Shown in pieces: positions 36,576 through 45,832 of a stretch of DNA of 52,079 nt. The DNA is from Gemmatales bacterium. Lineage in GTDB: Bacteria > Planctomycetota > Planctomycetia > Gemmatales > Gemmataceae. Numbering within the stretch: the first letter of the stretch is position 1; the number at the start of each line of letters is the position of its first letter. Position numbers and translations under genes: made by a program. Where the stretch lies: contig JBBRLG010000001.1 of the NCBI GenBank assembly GCA_038231495.1, forward strand, positions 1 through 52,079, read 5' to 3'. The notes below the pieces were generated by a model. The model was given only the letters and a program-made list of their open reading frames with translations, ran no database searches and was not told the origin of the DNA.

Positions 36576-38929
36576 GCCGCGAACATCCTTTCCTTCGTCT
36601 CGCGTAGCAAATCAGCCGGCTTGCCCGCGATCTTGAGCGCGTCGAGGCCGCCCGCCGTCCGTACTTCGGGTGTTTGGAATACTTGCGGGTTCTCTAGCCC
36701 CTCGGTGCCGCCGCGCTCGAACTGCGATGCAATCGCTCGCAAGGTAGCCGCGGTGGTCGGCGGCAGCTTGCCCAGCCAGGCGGCGTGTTTGTAGGTGAAG
36801 GCCGCGGTTCGTGCCTCGCGGGTCCGCGCCGCCGCGCCGTAGGCCAGTTCCACCAGCACGTCGTACAGGTCGTATTCATCCATTTCTTGAAGCTGGCGCA
36901 CCAAAAGCGCCGACCGGCCCGCGTCCGGCAATCGGCCCAACAACAGTTGGCGATCCGCCGGAACCACCCAACGGGCGCGAAACTTGTCCAGCGTGTCGGC
37001 TTCTTCCAGCACCTTCGCGGCCAGCTTCTGCCGGTAAACCTCGACGGTCACGGGCAGTGCCTTGCCGTCCACCATCGTCAGAATGAGCCGGCCCGCGTCG
37101 CTCACCTGCACGTCGAAGCCTTCCACCTGAACGATCAACGGCGGCGGGTCGGTAGTGCCGCCCCCGGTCGGTGGCGTTTTCGGAGCGCGCTCTACCGTCG
37201 CCTTGGTACGGAACTCCTGACCGAACAACCGCGTGGCGTTGGTGTAGTCGTACAGCCGGAACATCAGTTTGCCGCTTGCGGGGTCGAGGCGCGTTCCACG
37301 ACCGACCATCTGATAGAAGCTGATCGGCGATTCGACATACTTGAAAAACACGATGTTCCGCACGCACGGCACGTCCACGCCGGTCGTCAGTAGATCGACC
37401 GTCGTGGCGATGAAGTGGTGCCGGGCACCGCCGCGCAGGTCCGCCAGGTAGTCGCCTCCGCCGCTGGCGGCCGTGCATTTGAACGCGAACATATCGAGCG
37501 GCTTGCGGTTGTTGGTCTTGCACCAGTCGGCGTAAAGGTTGTTCAGCGTGATGGCCACTTCTTCGGCGTGCCGGTCGCGGGCGCAAAAGATGATCGTCTT
37601 TTGCTCCGGTCCTCCGGTGTCGAGAAGGTGTTGGAACAAATCCAGGCACATCGCCAGCACTCGGTCTGGCAACAGGATGCGGTTCTCGAAGGAAGTCTTT
37701 TCGTAGAGATGGTTCAACTGATCGGCCGTAATGGGCTGGCCGGTGGTGGCGTTGATGAACTTGCGCGCGAGAATGGCATCCTTCGTGATGCCGGTGTCGT
37801 CGATGTTGACGGTGCCTTTTTGAATGGCGCAGGCGGCAAGGTAGCCGTCCTCGATGCCCTGGCTCATGTCGTATTCGTAAACCGGCGGGCCGAAGTACCG
37901 CAGGTTGTCGGCGTTGATTTTCGCGTCGGCCTTCGCCTGGTCGGTGTTTTCGGCGCAAATGATCTGCCGCGGCGTCGCGGTCAGGCCGACTTGAACCGCG
38001 TCGGGGTTCATGGTCAGAACCTGCGACCACTTGCCCCAGGCGGAGCGGTGGCATTCGTCAATGACGATGTGGCTGAAGTAGTTCGGCGGGTAGTGCGTGG
38101 CAAGGAAATTGGCGTCGGCGTCGTCGGTGTCCACGTCGAGCGTTTGGTAGGTCGCGATGACCACGCGGGCGTTCTTTTCGGGGTTGCCCGCCCCGGCAGC
38201 GGCGGCGTCGTTACCGAACACGGCCCGAAACGCGCCCAACCCCTGGTTGCGTAGTTCGTCCCGGTCGCAGACGAACAGCGCCCGGCGCAACTGGCCGGCG
38301 TCGGCGATCCGCTTCAAGAGGTTCACCGCGATGAATGTCTTGCCCGAACCCGTGGCCAGCGAGAGCAAAGCGCGTTTCTCGCCCTTGGCCACCTTTTCCA
38401 GCACGGCCCGAATCGCGGCGTCCTGGTAATACCGCCGCGTCGCCTCTCCGCCGACGTAGCGGGTCAATAGCGGTTGGGCCGGCGGGTCGTTCAGGCTGAA
38501 CCCCATGCCGGCTTCGTAGCGGGCGCGCAGCTCGTCCGGGGTCGGGAACTCCGCCAACGGCTTCGCCTTGCTCGTCTGGCCGGTAAGCCGGTCGTACTCG
38601 ACGAAAAGATGCCCATTTGAGGAAAAGACGAACGGCACGTTCAGCCGCTTGGACGCGGCGTAAGCCTTCGCTTGCTCCAAGCCGTGCGCGGGCGCCAAGT
38701 CCTCAGCCTTCGCCTCGATCAGCCCCACGGCGACGGGTTGCGATCCGGCGGTGACGCGCACGCGCAGGGTGTAATCGACGCGCCCCCTGGCGCGACGGCG
38801 TGGTTTACCGTCGATAACCTCGATGGTCCCCGCGGTCTCTTCGCGTTTGATGTGTGCTTCGGTCCACTGCCGGCCGTAAAGGGCCGGATCGACGAGTTTC
38901 GCGCGGGTGTCGGCTTCGTTGAATCCCAT
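36572..38929 (-). CDS. hsdR: type I restriction endonuclease subunit R
   Basis: N-terminal MGFNEADTRAKLVDPAL nuclease-domain signature. SF2 motifs LATGSGKT, VIDECHRS, LTATP, QMVGRGTR. The stop overlaps the hsdS start (ATGA). Confidence 0.9.
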   Translation of the reverse strand: MGFNEADTRAKLVDPALYGRQWTEAHIKREETAGTIEVIDGKPRRRARGRVDYTLRVRVTAGSQPVAVGLIEAKAEDLAPAHGLEQAKAYAASKRLNVPFVFSSNGHLFVEYDRLTGQTSKAKPLAEFPTPDELRARYEAGMGFSLNDPPAQPLLTRYVGGEATRRYYQDAAIRAVLEKVAKGEKRALLSLATGSGKTFIAVNLLKRIADAGQLRRALFVCDRDELRNQGLGAFRAVFGNDAAAAGAGNPEKNARVVIATYQTLDVDTDDADANFLATHYPPNYFSHIVIDECHRSAWGKWSQVLTMNPDAVQVGLTATPRQIICAENTDQAKADAKINADNLRYFGPPVYEYDMSQGIEDGYLAACAIQKGTVNIDDTGITKDAILARKFINATTGQPITADQLNHLYEKTSFENRILLPDRVLAMCLDLFQHLLDTGGPEQKTIIFCARDRHAEEVAITLNNLYADWCKTNNRKPLDMFAFKCTAASGGGDYLADLRGGARHHFIATTVDLLTTGVDVPCVRNIVFFKYVESPISFYQMVGRGTRLDPASGKLMFRLYDYTNATRLFGQEFRTKATVERAPKTPPTGGGTTDPPPLIVQVEGFDVQVSDAGRLILTMVDGKALPVTVEVYRQKLAAKVLEEADTLDKFRARWVVPADRQLLLGRLPDAGRSALLVRQLQEMDEYDLYDVLVELAYGAAARTREARTAAFTYKHAAWLGKLPPTTAATLRAIASQFERGGTEGLENPQVFQTPEVRTAGGLDALKIAGKPADLLRETKERMFAA

Positions 38930-39106
38930 GCGGCCAACCTTGCTTCGGAGCATCGGCGGTGAACTGCCCAGCAATCCCGATTGCGGTCGCTGCTCCGAGA
39001 AGCGCGATTATCAAGGGGCGTCGGCCGATTGTCCAGCATCGGAGTTCAAAATTCCGGCAACGGTAAGGCTTTGAAGGTGTGAACAACAGTGCCTGGCAAA
39101 GCTGAA

Positions 39107-39148
39107 GCGCCGGCGGGCGGCATCATTTACTGATCCGCCCGCCGGCGC
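39107..39148. terminator. GC-rich stem-loop
   Basis: GCGCCGGCGGGCGG-(14 nt)-CCGCCCGCCGGCGC followed by TTTGTT. Confidence 0.45.
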
Positions 39149-39250
39149 TTTGTTCGGACGCGATTCTCACCGGACAGGTCAAACAAGGGCAGGTTCTAGT
39201 TCTTTCCTTCGCACGCGAACCGACTTCGTATCCCGTGCGAGTCGCTGGAG

Positions 39251-39400
39251 GATGGCGCTCTTGATGTGCGCGGGCAAGTCCGGCCACGCCTCGACGACGC
39301 GGGCAAGGTCTGGGCACAACGCGGGGGAGTCGTTTTCGGGAAGGGGTGCAACGCGGGGTGCAATGGCAGGAACGGAGTCGGCGTTAATGCGTTAATTTGT
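39251..39400. repeat. 150-bp right-end module, copy A (homologous to 49141-49290)
   Basis: Gapless hand alignment gives 114/150 matches. It contains GTGCAAC-N5-GTGCAAT and, on the minus strand, a ...PDLARVVEAWPDLPAHIKSAIL... reading frame without an ATG. Confidence 0.7.
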
Positions 39401-39539
39401 ACCAAATTTGCGGATTTTTCCTGTGACTCCGACGCATTATAGTCGATGTGAATAACGGAACAGTCTGTCCGGTATGCTTGAGTACCTCCGTTTCCGCAAG
39501 CGTGGAACGACTGGAGCAGACGCCAAAGGCAGTGTCTTG

Positions 39540-41015
39540 ATGCAACGATTAGGCCGACTTTCGCTTCGATCGTGCCTCGTACTGCTATTGGGGGTACAGA
39601 CGGGTTGTACAGCCCTACCTGACTTACTCCCCACGCAGTTGTTGGAGGCAATGCCACCTCGCCAGCCTGCCCCAACTAGCAGGACTGGCTCCGGGGCACA
39701 AACCATTGCTTCGCAGCGCGTGGAGCGGGCCTCAGCCGTCGAAGTCCCCCCTAATGCAGCCGGACCCTTTTTCGTCGGCCAGACCGAGTTGTCCGCAGAG
39801 GCGTTAGTCCAACAGGTTCTTGCCCGGAACCCCTCCTTGGCCGAGATCTCCGCTGCGGCGCGCGCGGCCCAGGCCCGGTATCCCCAAGTCACTTCTCTTG
39901 AAGACCCCATGCTCGGCGTCCAGGTTGCACCGGGGGCTTTCGGCTCTAATACCGTCGATGGGGGCTACCGCGTTGAAATATCCCAGAAGTTGCCCTGGCC
40001 GGGCAAGCTTGACGCCCGCGGGCAAGGCGCGATGGCGGAAGCCCGCGCCGCCGGCAGCGATGTCGAGGATATGCGGCTCCAACTCACGGAAAACGCCCGG
40101 GCCGCCTTTTTCGATTACTACGAAATCGAGCGCGCACTGGAGGTAAACCGCGAAGGTCTTGAGCTACTGGACAAGTTCCACGATGAGGCCGAAAGCCGTT
40201 ACGAAAAACGGGCTGGAGAACAACAAGAGATTCTTCAAGCGGACGTGGAAATCGGCACTCAACGGGAGCGCCGGCTCACGTTGGACCGACGGCGAGAGGT
40301 CGCCATCGCACGGATCAACACGCTTCTGCATGAGTCCCCCGACGCCCCGTTGCCCCCGCCGGCAAAGGATGTATCCCGCGATTCAGCTGTGCCGGACGTG
40401 GTGGTCCTGCGGCAGGCGGCCCTGGAACACCGGCCCGACTTGCATGCGTTGGCCAGCCGGATCGCGGCCGACCGGGCGGCGGTTGCCCTGGCGAAGAAGG
40501 AGTTTTGCCCGGACGTGGAGCTGATGGCCGCTTACGACTCCATGTGGCAAGAACGACCGCTGCGATCACAGGTCGGAATCCGGGTGAACCTGCCCGCACA
40601 GGTTTCACGGCGCTACGCGGCCATTGCGGAGGCACAAAGCCGCGTGGCACAGCGAGAGGCGGCACTGGCGCGGCAAACGGACCAGGTGAACTTTCAAGTG
40701 CAAGAGGCGGTGGCGCAAGTCCACGAGAGCGAAAAGATCGTGGCCCTCTTCGAGTCGAAAACCCTCCGCGCTTCCCGCGAGAATGTGGAAGCCGCTCGCC
40801 GGTCGTTTGGCGCGGGAAAGATTCCATTTCTGAGCCTCATCGAAGCACAACGGAATCTCGTCATGGTCCAAGATCGGTATTACGAAGCGATCGCCTCCCT
40901 CGGTCGTCGGCGGGCGACTCTGGAGCGCGTGATTGGTGGGCCATTCGACGCACCAACGCACGCGGGAGAACCCGGTTGTCACGTTCCCCTGTCCGCTGGA
41001 GTTAATCACCCCTGA
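39540..41015 (+). CDS. TolC-family outer-membrane efflux protein (lipoprotein)
   Basis: Lipobox LLLGVQTGC after ATG 39540. Two OEP-type repeats (e.g. LSAEALVQQVLARNPSLAE; RNLVMVQDRYYEAIASL). Confidence 0.85.
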   Translation: MQRLGRLSLRSCLVLLLGVQTGCTALPDLLPTQLLEAMPPRQPAPTSRTGSGAQTIASQRVERASAVEVPPNAAGPFFVGQTELSAEALVQQVLARNPSLAEISAAARAAQARYPQVTSLEDPMLGVQVAPGAFGSNTVDGGYRVEISQKLPWPGKLDARGQGAMAEARAAGSDVEDMRLQLTENARAAFFDYYEIERALEVNREGLELLDKFHDEAESRYEKRAGEQQEILQADVEIGTQRERRLTLDRRREVAIARINTLLHESPDAPLPPPAKDVSRDSAVPDVVVLRQAALEHRPDLHALASRIAADRAAVALAKKEFCPDVELMAAYDSMWQERPLRSQVGIRVNLPAQVSRRYAAIAEAQSRVAQREAALARQTDQVNFQVQEAVAQVHESEKIVALFESKTLRASRENVEAARRSFGAGKIPFLSLIEAQRNLVMVQDRYYEAIASLGRRRATLERVIGGPFDAPTHAGEPGCHVPLSAGVNHP

Positions 41016-44000
41016 ACCGCTGACAGCGCCGCACCGGTTTCTTTCGCCTCTTTATCCTTGCGGGCTTTCTCTTCTTGCAGCTTCAGCCAACGGGCGCGGC
41101 GGACCCAGTAAAACCGGACCGGCAGGAAGATGTCCACGACCTCGTCCGCGATTAGCAGCCCGCCCAGCACCGGGACCGCCATCGGTGCGATGATCTCGGC
41201 ACCTACCCCGGTGGCCCAGAGCATCGGCGCGAGGGCGATGATCGCCACCCCCTCGGTCAGCAGCTTCGGCCGCAGGCGGTGGACCGCCCCCTCGATCACC
41301 GCCTGCCGCAACTCTTCCAGCGACTCGATCTTTTCCAGGCCGCCGCGCTTGTCGATGGCCTCGCGCAGGTAGACGAGCATGATGATGCCCGTCTCCGTCG
41401 CCATGCCGAAACAGGCGATGTAGCCAACCCACACCGCCACGCTGAACTCCAGCGGCGGCGCCGACCAGCCGTGGATCAGCTTCGGAAAGACGAACTGAAA
41501 GAACACGCCGCCGGCCAGCGCCTCAGGAACCGCCAAGATCATCAGGCCCGCATCCGCCAGGTCCTTGTACGTCAGGTAGAGGATCACGAAAATCAGCACG
41601 ATTGCCGCCGGGAAGACGAACCGCAACGTTTGCGCCGCCCGAACCTGGTGCTCGAATTCGCCGCTCCATTCGATGTGAACGCCTTGCGGGATGCGGACCT
41701 TGTCCGCGACGGTGCGCTGCGCTTCGTCCACGAAACCGACCATGTCCCGGCCGCGCACGTTCAGGGTGACGTAGTTGAGCAGCTGGCCGTTCTCGCTCTT
41801 CATCATGGCCGGCCCCTCCACCAGGTACACGTCGGCCACGTCCGCCAGCGGCACCTGGAGCGGCTTCCCCCCGGGGCCGGCGTGCGGCGGCGCGGCCTGG
41901 TGTTGCGCGTTGCCGGTAACTCCGGGTGTCGTCATTGCAGCGTCAACCTTCGGCGGCGGGGTCATCGCCCCCGCTCCGCCGTCCCCCACCGTTTTCGCCA
42001 TGCCTCCGGTCACGAGGAGCCGCCGCACGGCCTCCTCGTCTTCGCGCTGGGAGCGGGCGTACCGGAGGCGAACGGGGAAGCGCTCCCGGCCCTCCACCGT
42101 CTGCGTGATCGTCTGACCGCCAAGGGCCATTTCGACCGTGTTCTTGATCTCCTCAACCGTCACGCCGTAACGGGCCGCCTTCGCCAGGTCCACTTCGATT
42201 TGGAGGTAACCCTTGCCCATGACCGGGGCGGCAACTACGTCGCGCGCGCCGTCGATCGGCTTGAGCGCAACCTCGATGTCTTTGCACACGCGATCAATGG
42301 TCTCCAGGTCGGGGCCGAACACCTTGACGCCGATGTCGGTGCGCACGCCGGTGGAAAGCATTTCGATGCGGTTGATGATCGGCTGGGTGAAGATGTTGCT
42401 CCACCCGGGCACCTGAAGGACGCGGCCGAACTCGTCGTCTACCAAGTCCCCCTTCGGCCCACTTTGGCGACGCCAGAAAAATACCCGCGCGGCAAACGGT
42501 TTCTGTAATTCGTCCTTTGACGGGGCGAAGGGTGCGAAGGCATCGTCTCCGCGGTCGCGCTTGCCAAGTTGCGCCTGGACGGCGGCCGCCGCAAACCGTT
42601 TGGTGTCCGCGCCGCGGGCCGCGCCGTCGAGCAGACCGACATTCCCTGCGGCCTTGGCGACTTCCTCCAAGGCCAGCCAGGTGTAGGCTTCGACGCCCCA
42701 ATCAAACAACTCCCAATCCACCTTCGCGACCCGCTCCCGCCAGACGGCGGAGCGCTTGCCTTCGATCGCTTTGAGGATTTCGCCGGCAAAGGTTTTAGGC
42801 GGGCTACCGAGGAGTTCGCCCACCAGTGTGACGGCAGCAGGCAGCGCCTTTTCCTTGAGAGCCAGCGCTTCCGCCTGGTCGTCGATGGCGCCGACCGTTT
42901 TCAGTCGGCGGGCGATCTCCTGACTGAGGCGCGTTGCGTCTTCCAGGGCCGGATGTTTGGCAAGGGCTGTGCCGTAATCCGGTTGCAACCGGGCCGCCAG
43001 GCTATCGATCTCCTCGTCCTCCTTCACGCCGTCCGGCCAGTGCAGCGCGCCCGCCTTGCGAATGCGGCCGACAACCTCTCCCACGGCATAGCGCGTCAGG
43101 AGCGGACTTAAATCGCGCTCAATGTCACGGAAGCGTTGGAGCGCCAGTTCCCGCATGACCTCGTCGAACCGTTCTACCGCCTTTTGGGCGGCGTCGGTAA
43201 CCAGGCTGTCGCGGTCGTCCTCGGGGGCCGGCGCGATGCGAGTCACGAAGCCGCGCTCCTCCAGCAACGCCAAGGTCGCGCGCGTTTGCCGGCCGGCGTC
43301 GTCGAAGCGGAGGACACGCCGCGGCCACAGTTCGTAGGGCCGGAAGTTGACAAACGTCTCCACCATATCGAGCGGCGCGGGGTCGGTCGGCGTGTCCGCA
43401 CGGCCTGACTTGCCGACGACCGACTCGACCTCCGGGAAGCCGCGCAACAGGCCATCCCGGTGTTTGAGGTCGTCTGCCGTCTGGGTAATGCCCGCGCGCG
43501 GAATGGTGACCGGCATGTCGAGCGTGCTGCCCTCGTCCAGCGGCGGCATGAACGTGACGCCGATCCGCGGAAAGTGGTACGAGACCAGGCCGAGGAGCAT
43601 CAGGCTCGCCAGGCTGACGACCTGCCACGTTAGCCCTTGCGTGAAGTAGACCGTGAGCGCCGTCACCACCACCAGGACGATGAGGAACGTCACCCAGTGG
43701 GCAGGCTCGGAGGCTCCGTAGCCGAATAGGGCTTGGAGGGGGAACGGGCCGGCGGCCAGCACCAGGAGGGCAGCGAACGACCACATCACTAGATTTCGGC
43801 GTGGCAACGCCCAGGTCAACACCGGCTTGTAAATGTTGACGAGGCTGCGGACGAACCAATTCTCATCTTCGCGGCGCAACCGGCCGCGGATGAAGGTCGG
43901 GATGAGCGCCGGCACCACCGTTACCGAAATGAGCGCGACGCCGAGCAAGGCGAAACTCTTGGTGAAGGCCAGGGGGTGGAACAGCTTGCCCTCCCGGCCG

Positions 44001-45415
44001 CTGAGGGCGAAGACCGGGATGAACGAGATCAGCATAATCATGACCGAGAAAAAGATGGGCCGGCCCACCGTGCGGCACGCCTTGATGACCGTGGCGCGCG
44101 TGTCGCCGGTCACCTTCTTGTCGCCGAACTCCTCCTTGAGTTGGTGGGTCGCGTTATCGACCATGACGATGGCCTGGTCCACCAAAATGCCAATGGAAAT
44201 GGTGATGCCCGCCATCGACATGATGTTCGCCTGGATGTCGAGGACGTGGGTGACGCGCAGCAGCCACATCACGAGGAACGAGAAGAGCACGGCGAGCGGC
44301 AGCGTGACGCAAATTACGAGCGCACTGCGGACGTGCAACAGGATCAGGAACACGGCCAACGCGGCGATGATGATTTCTTCGCCCATCGCGTGGGTGAGCG
44401 TGTGGATGGCGCCCTCGATCAGCCGGGTGCGGTCGTAAGCCGGCACGATGCGGACGCCTGGCGGCAGGGCCGGCTGCAACTCCTGAATCTTGTCCTTGAC
44501 CCGTTGCGTCACCGCGAGGGGGTTCTCGCCGTAGCGCATCAACACCACGCCGCCGACGACCTCGTTGCCGTCCTTCTCGTACACGCTCCGCCGGAACTGC
44601 TGGCCGAGCTGGACGCTGGCGACGTTCTTGACCAACAGCGGCGTGCCCGCCTTGCCGCGGCGGACGACGGTGTTTTCGATGTCCTCCTTGTTCTTGATCC
44701 AGCCGACGAAGCGGACGAGGTACTCGGCGTTGTTCTTCTGGATCACGCCGCCGCCCGCCGCGTAGTTGCTGCGCGACACGGCGTCGTAAACTTCGCCGAG
44801 CGTGACGCCGTAGGCCCGGAGCGATTCCGGGTTCACGTCGATCTGGTACTCCATCGGAGCGCCGCCGACCGTGGCCACCTCCGACACGCCCCGCGCGGCG
44901 TTCAGCTGCGGGACGATTGTGTACTTGTTCAGCGCCCACAGCCGGCCCGCGTCCACCGGCCGCGCCGGGTCCGGCTCGACGGTGTACCAGAACACTTGCC
45001 CCAGTGCCGTGGCGTCGGCGGCCAGCCGGGGAACCACGCCGGCCGGCAGCAGCGTGCTGCCGCGCACCTCGTCGAGCTTTTCGAGGACGCGCTGCCGGGC
45101 GAAATAGTAATCGACGTTGTCCTCGAAGATGATCGTAATCATCGAGAAGTTGAACTCGGAAGACGAGCGGACCGTGCGGACGCCCGCCAACCCCTGGAGC
45201 TTGAGCGACAGCGGATAGGTGACCTGGTCCTCGATCTCGCGCGGGCTGCGGCCCATCCAGTCGGTGAAGACGATTACCTGGTTCTCGCTCAGGTCCGGCA
45301 CGGCGTCCACCGGCGTGTTGAGCACCGCGTAAACGCCCCACACCGCCAACCCCGCGGCCACGAGCAGGACGATGAAGCGGTTGCGGATGGAATACTCGAT
45401 GATGTTTTCGATCAC
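41006..45415 (-). CDS. cusA: CusA/CzcA-family heavy-metal efflux RND pump, unusually long (1469 aa)
   Basis: N-terminus MIENIIEYSIRNRFIVLL...NTPVDAVPDLSENQVIV and QPIINRIEMLSTGVRTDIGVKVFG align by eye with E. coli CusA. ~400 extra residues sit in three insertions. Confidence 0.9.
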   Translation of the reverse strand: MIENIIEYSIRNRFIVLLVAAGLAVWGVYAVLNTPVDAVPDLSENQVIVFTDWMGRSPREIEDQVTYPLSLKLQGLAGVRTVRSSSEFNFSMITIIFEDNVDYYFARQRVLEKLDEVRGSTLLPAGVVPRLAADATALGQVFWYTVEPDPARPVDAGRLWALNKYTIVPQLNAARGVSEVATVGGAPMEYQIDVNPESLRAYGVTLGEVYDAVSRSNYAAGGGVIQKNNAEYLVRFVGWIKNKEDIENTVVRRGKAGTPLLVKNVASVQLGQQFRRSVYEKDGNEVVGGVVLMRYGENPLAVTQRVKDKIQELQPALPPGVRIVPAYDRTRLIEGAIHTLTHAMGEEIIIAALAVFLILLHVRSALVICVTLPLAVLFSFLVMWLLRVTHVLDIQANIMSMAGITISIGILVDQAIVMVDNATHQLKEEFGDKKVTGDTRATVIKACRTVGRPIFFSVMIMLISFIPVFALSGREGKLFHPLAFTKSFALLGVALISVTVVPALIPTFIRGRLRREDENWFVRSLVNIYKPVLTWALPRRNLVMWSFAALLVLAAGPFPLQALFGYGASEPAHWVTFLIVLVVVTALTVYFTQGLTWQVVSLASLMLLGLVSYHFPRIGVTFMPPLDEGSTLDMPVTIPRAGITQTADDLKHRDGLLRGFPEVESVVGKSGRADTPTDPAPLDMVETFVNFRPYELWPRRVLRFDDAGRQTRATLALLEERGFVTRIAPAPEDDRDSLVTDAAQKAVERFDEVMRELALQRFRDIERDLSPLLTRYAVGEVVGRIRKAGALHWPDGVKEDEEIDSLAARLQPDYGTALAKHPALEDATRLSQEIARRLKTVGAIDDQAEALALKEKALPAAVTLVGELLGSPPKTFAGEILKAIEGKRSAVWRERVAKVDWELFDWGVEAYTWLALEEVAKAAGNVGLLDGAARGADTKRFAAAAVQAQLGKRDRGDDAFAPFAPSKDELQKPFAARVFFWRRQSGPKGDLVDDEFGRVLQVPGWSNIFTQPIINRIEMLSTGVRTDIGVKVFGPDLETIDRVCKDIEVALKPIDGARDVVAAPVMGKGYLQIEVDLAKAARYGVTVEEIKNTVEMALGGQTITQTVEGRERFPVRLRYARSQREDEEAVRRLLVTGGMAKTVGDGGAGAMTPPPKVDAAMTTPGVTGNAQHQAAPPHAGPGGKPLQVPLADVADVYLVEGPAMMKSENGQLLNYVTLNVRGRDMVGFVDEAQRTVADKVRIPQGVHIEWSGEFEHQVRAAQTLRFVFPAAIVLIFVILYLTYKDLADAGLMILAVPEALAGGVFFQFVFPKLIHGWSAPPLEFSVAVWVGYIACFGMATETGIIMLVYLREAIDKRGGLEKIESLEELRQAVIEGAVHRLRPKLLTEGVAIIALAPMLWATGVGAEIIAPMAVPVLGGLLIADEVVDIFLPVRFYWVRRARWLKLQEEKARKDKEAKETGAALSAVQG

Positions 45416-45445
45416 GGGTCACCTTTCCTTGCGGCGGTCAAGCCC

Positions 45446-45760
45446 TTACCGCTTTTCCAGCTTGGTGATGACCATGCCGGCGTCAGTCTTTTTCAACCGG
45501 CCTTGGACCTTATCGCCGGTTTGAATGCCGGAAAGCAGCTTCTGGTCCTCGACCTTGAATGCCATCGTCATGCCTTGCATGAGTCCGGGGATCGCCTCGT
45601 GGTCGAGGGTCACGGTCTGTTTGGTCGCGTCCACCGCTGTGACCTTGCCGCGGATTTCATAATCCTTGGCGCTGCCGGAATCCGTCGCACTCGGTTTGCA
45701 ACCGGTGAGCGGCAGCAGCACGACCAACGACAAGAAGAATAAGCATGGGAGAGTCCTCAT
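45446..45760 (-). CDS. cusF: CusF-like periplasmic Cu(I)/Ag(I)-binding lipoprotein
   Basis: Lipobox LPLTGC. VTLDHEAIPGLMQGMTMAFKV is the CusF-type Met-rich metal site. Confidence 0.7.
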   Translation of the reverse strand: MRTLPCLFFLSLVVLLPLTGCKPSATDSGSAKDYEIRGKVTAVDATKQTVTLDHEAIPGLMQGMTMAFKVEDQKLLSGIQTGDKVQGRLKKTDAGMVITKLEKR

Positions 45761-45832
45761 CGCATCCTCCTTTTGGGTAAGACCAAACCGGCAAGGCCAA
45801 CGCCTGCGGGGCCTTGCCGACTTTGCACGGCA

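Noticed and set aside
38805-39086. A 93-aa ORF with a signal-peptide-like stretch (RRPLIIALLGAATAIGIAG) overlapping the hsdR start.
   Set aside because: It has a TTG start, overlaps the hsdR N-terminus out of frame, and has no supporting motif.
39401-39430. A degenerate att core (GCGGATT) after end-module copy A.
   Set aside because: Only 7 nt match the tRNA-Cys anticodon arm, and the spacing differs by 12 nt from copy B. This is too weak to call an att site; it is mentioned only as a vestige hypothesis.
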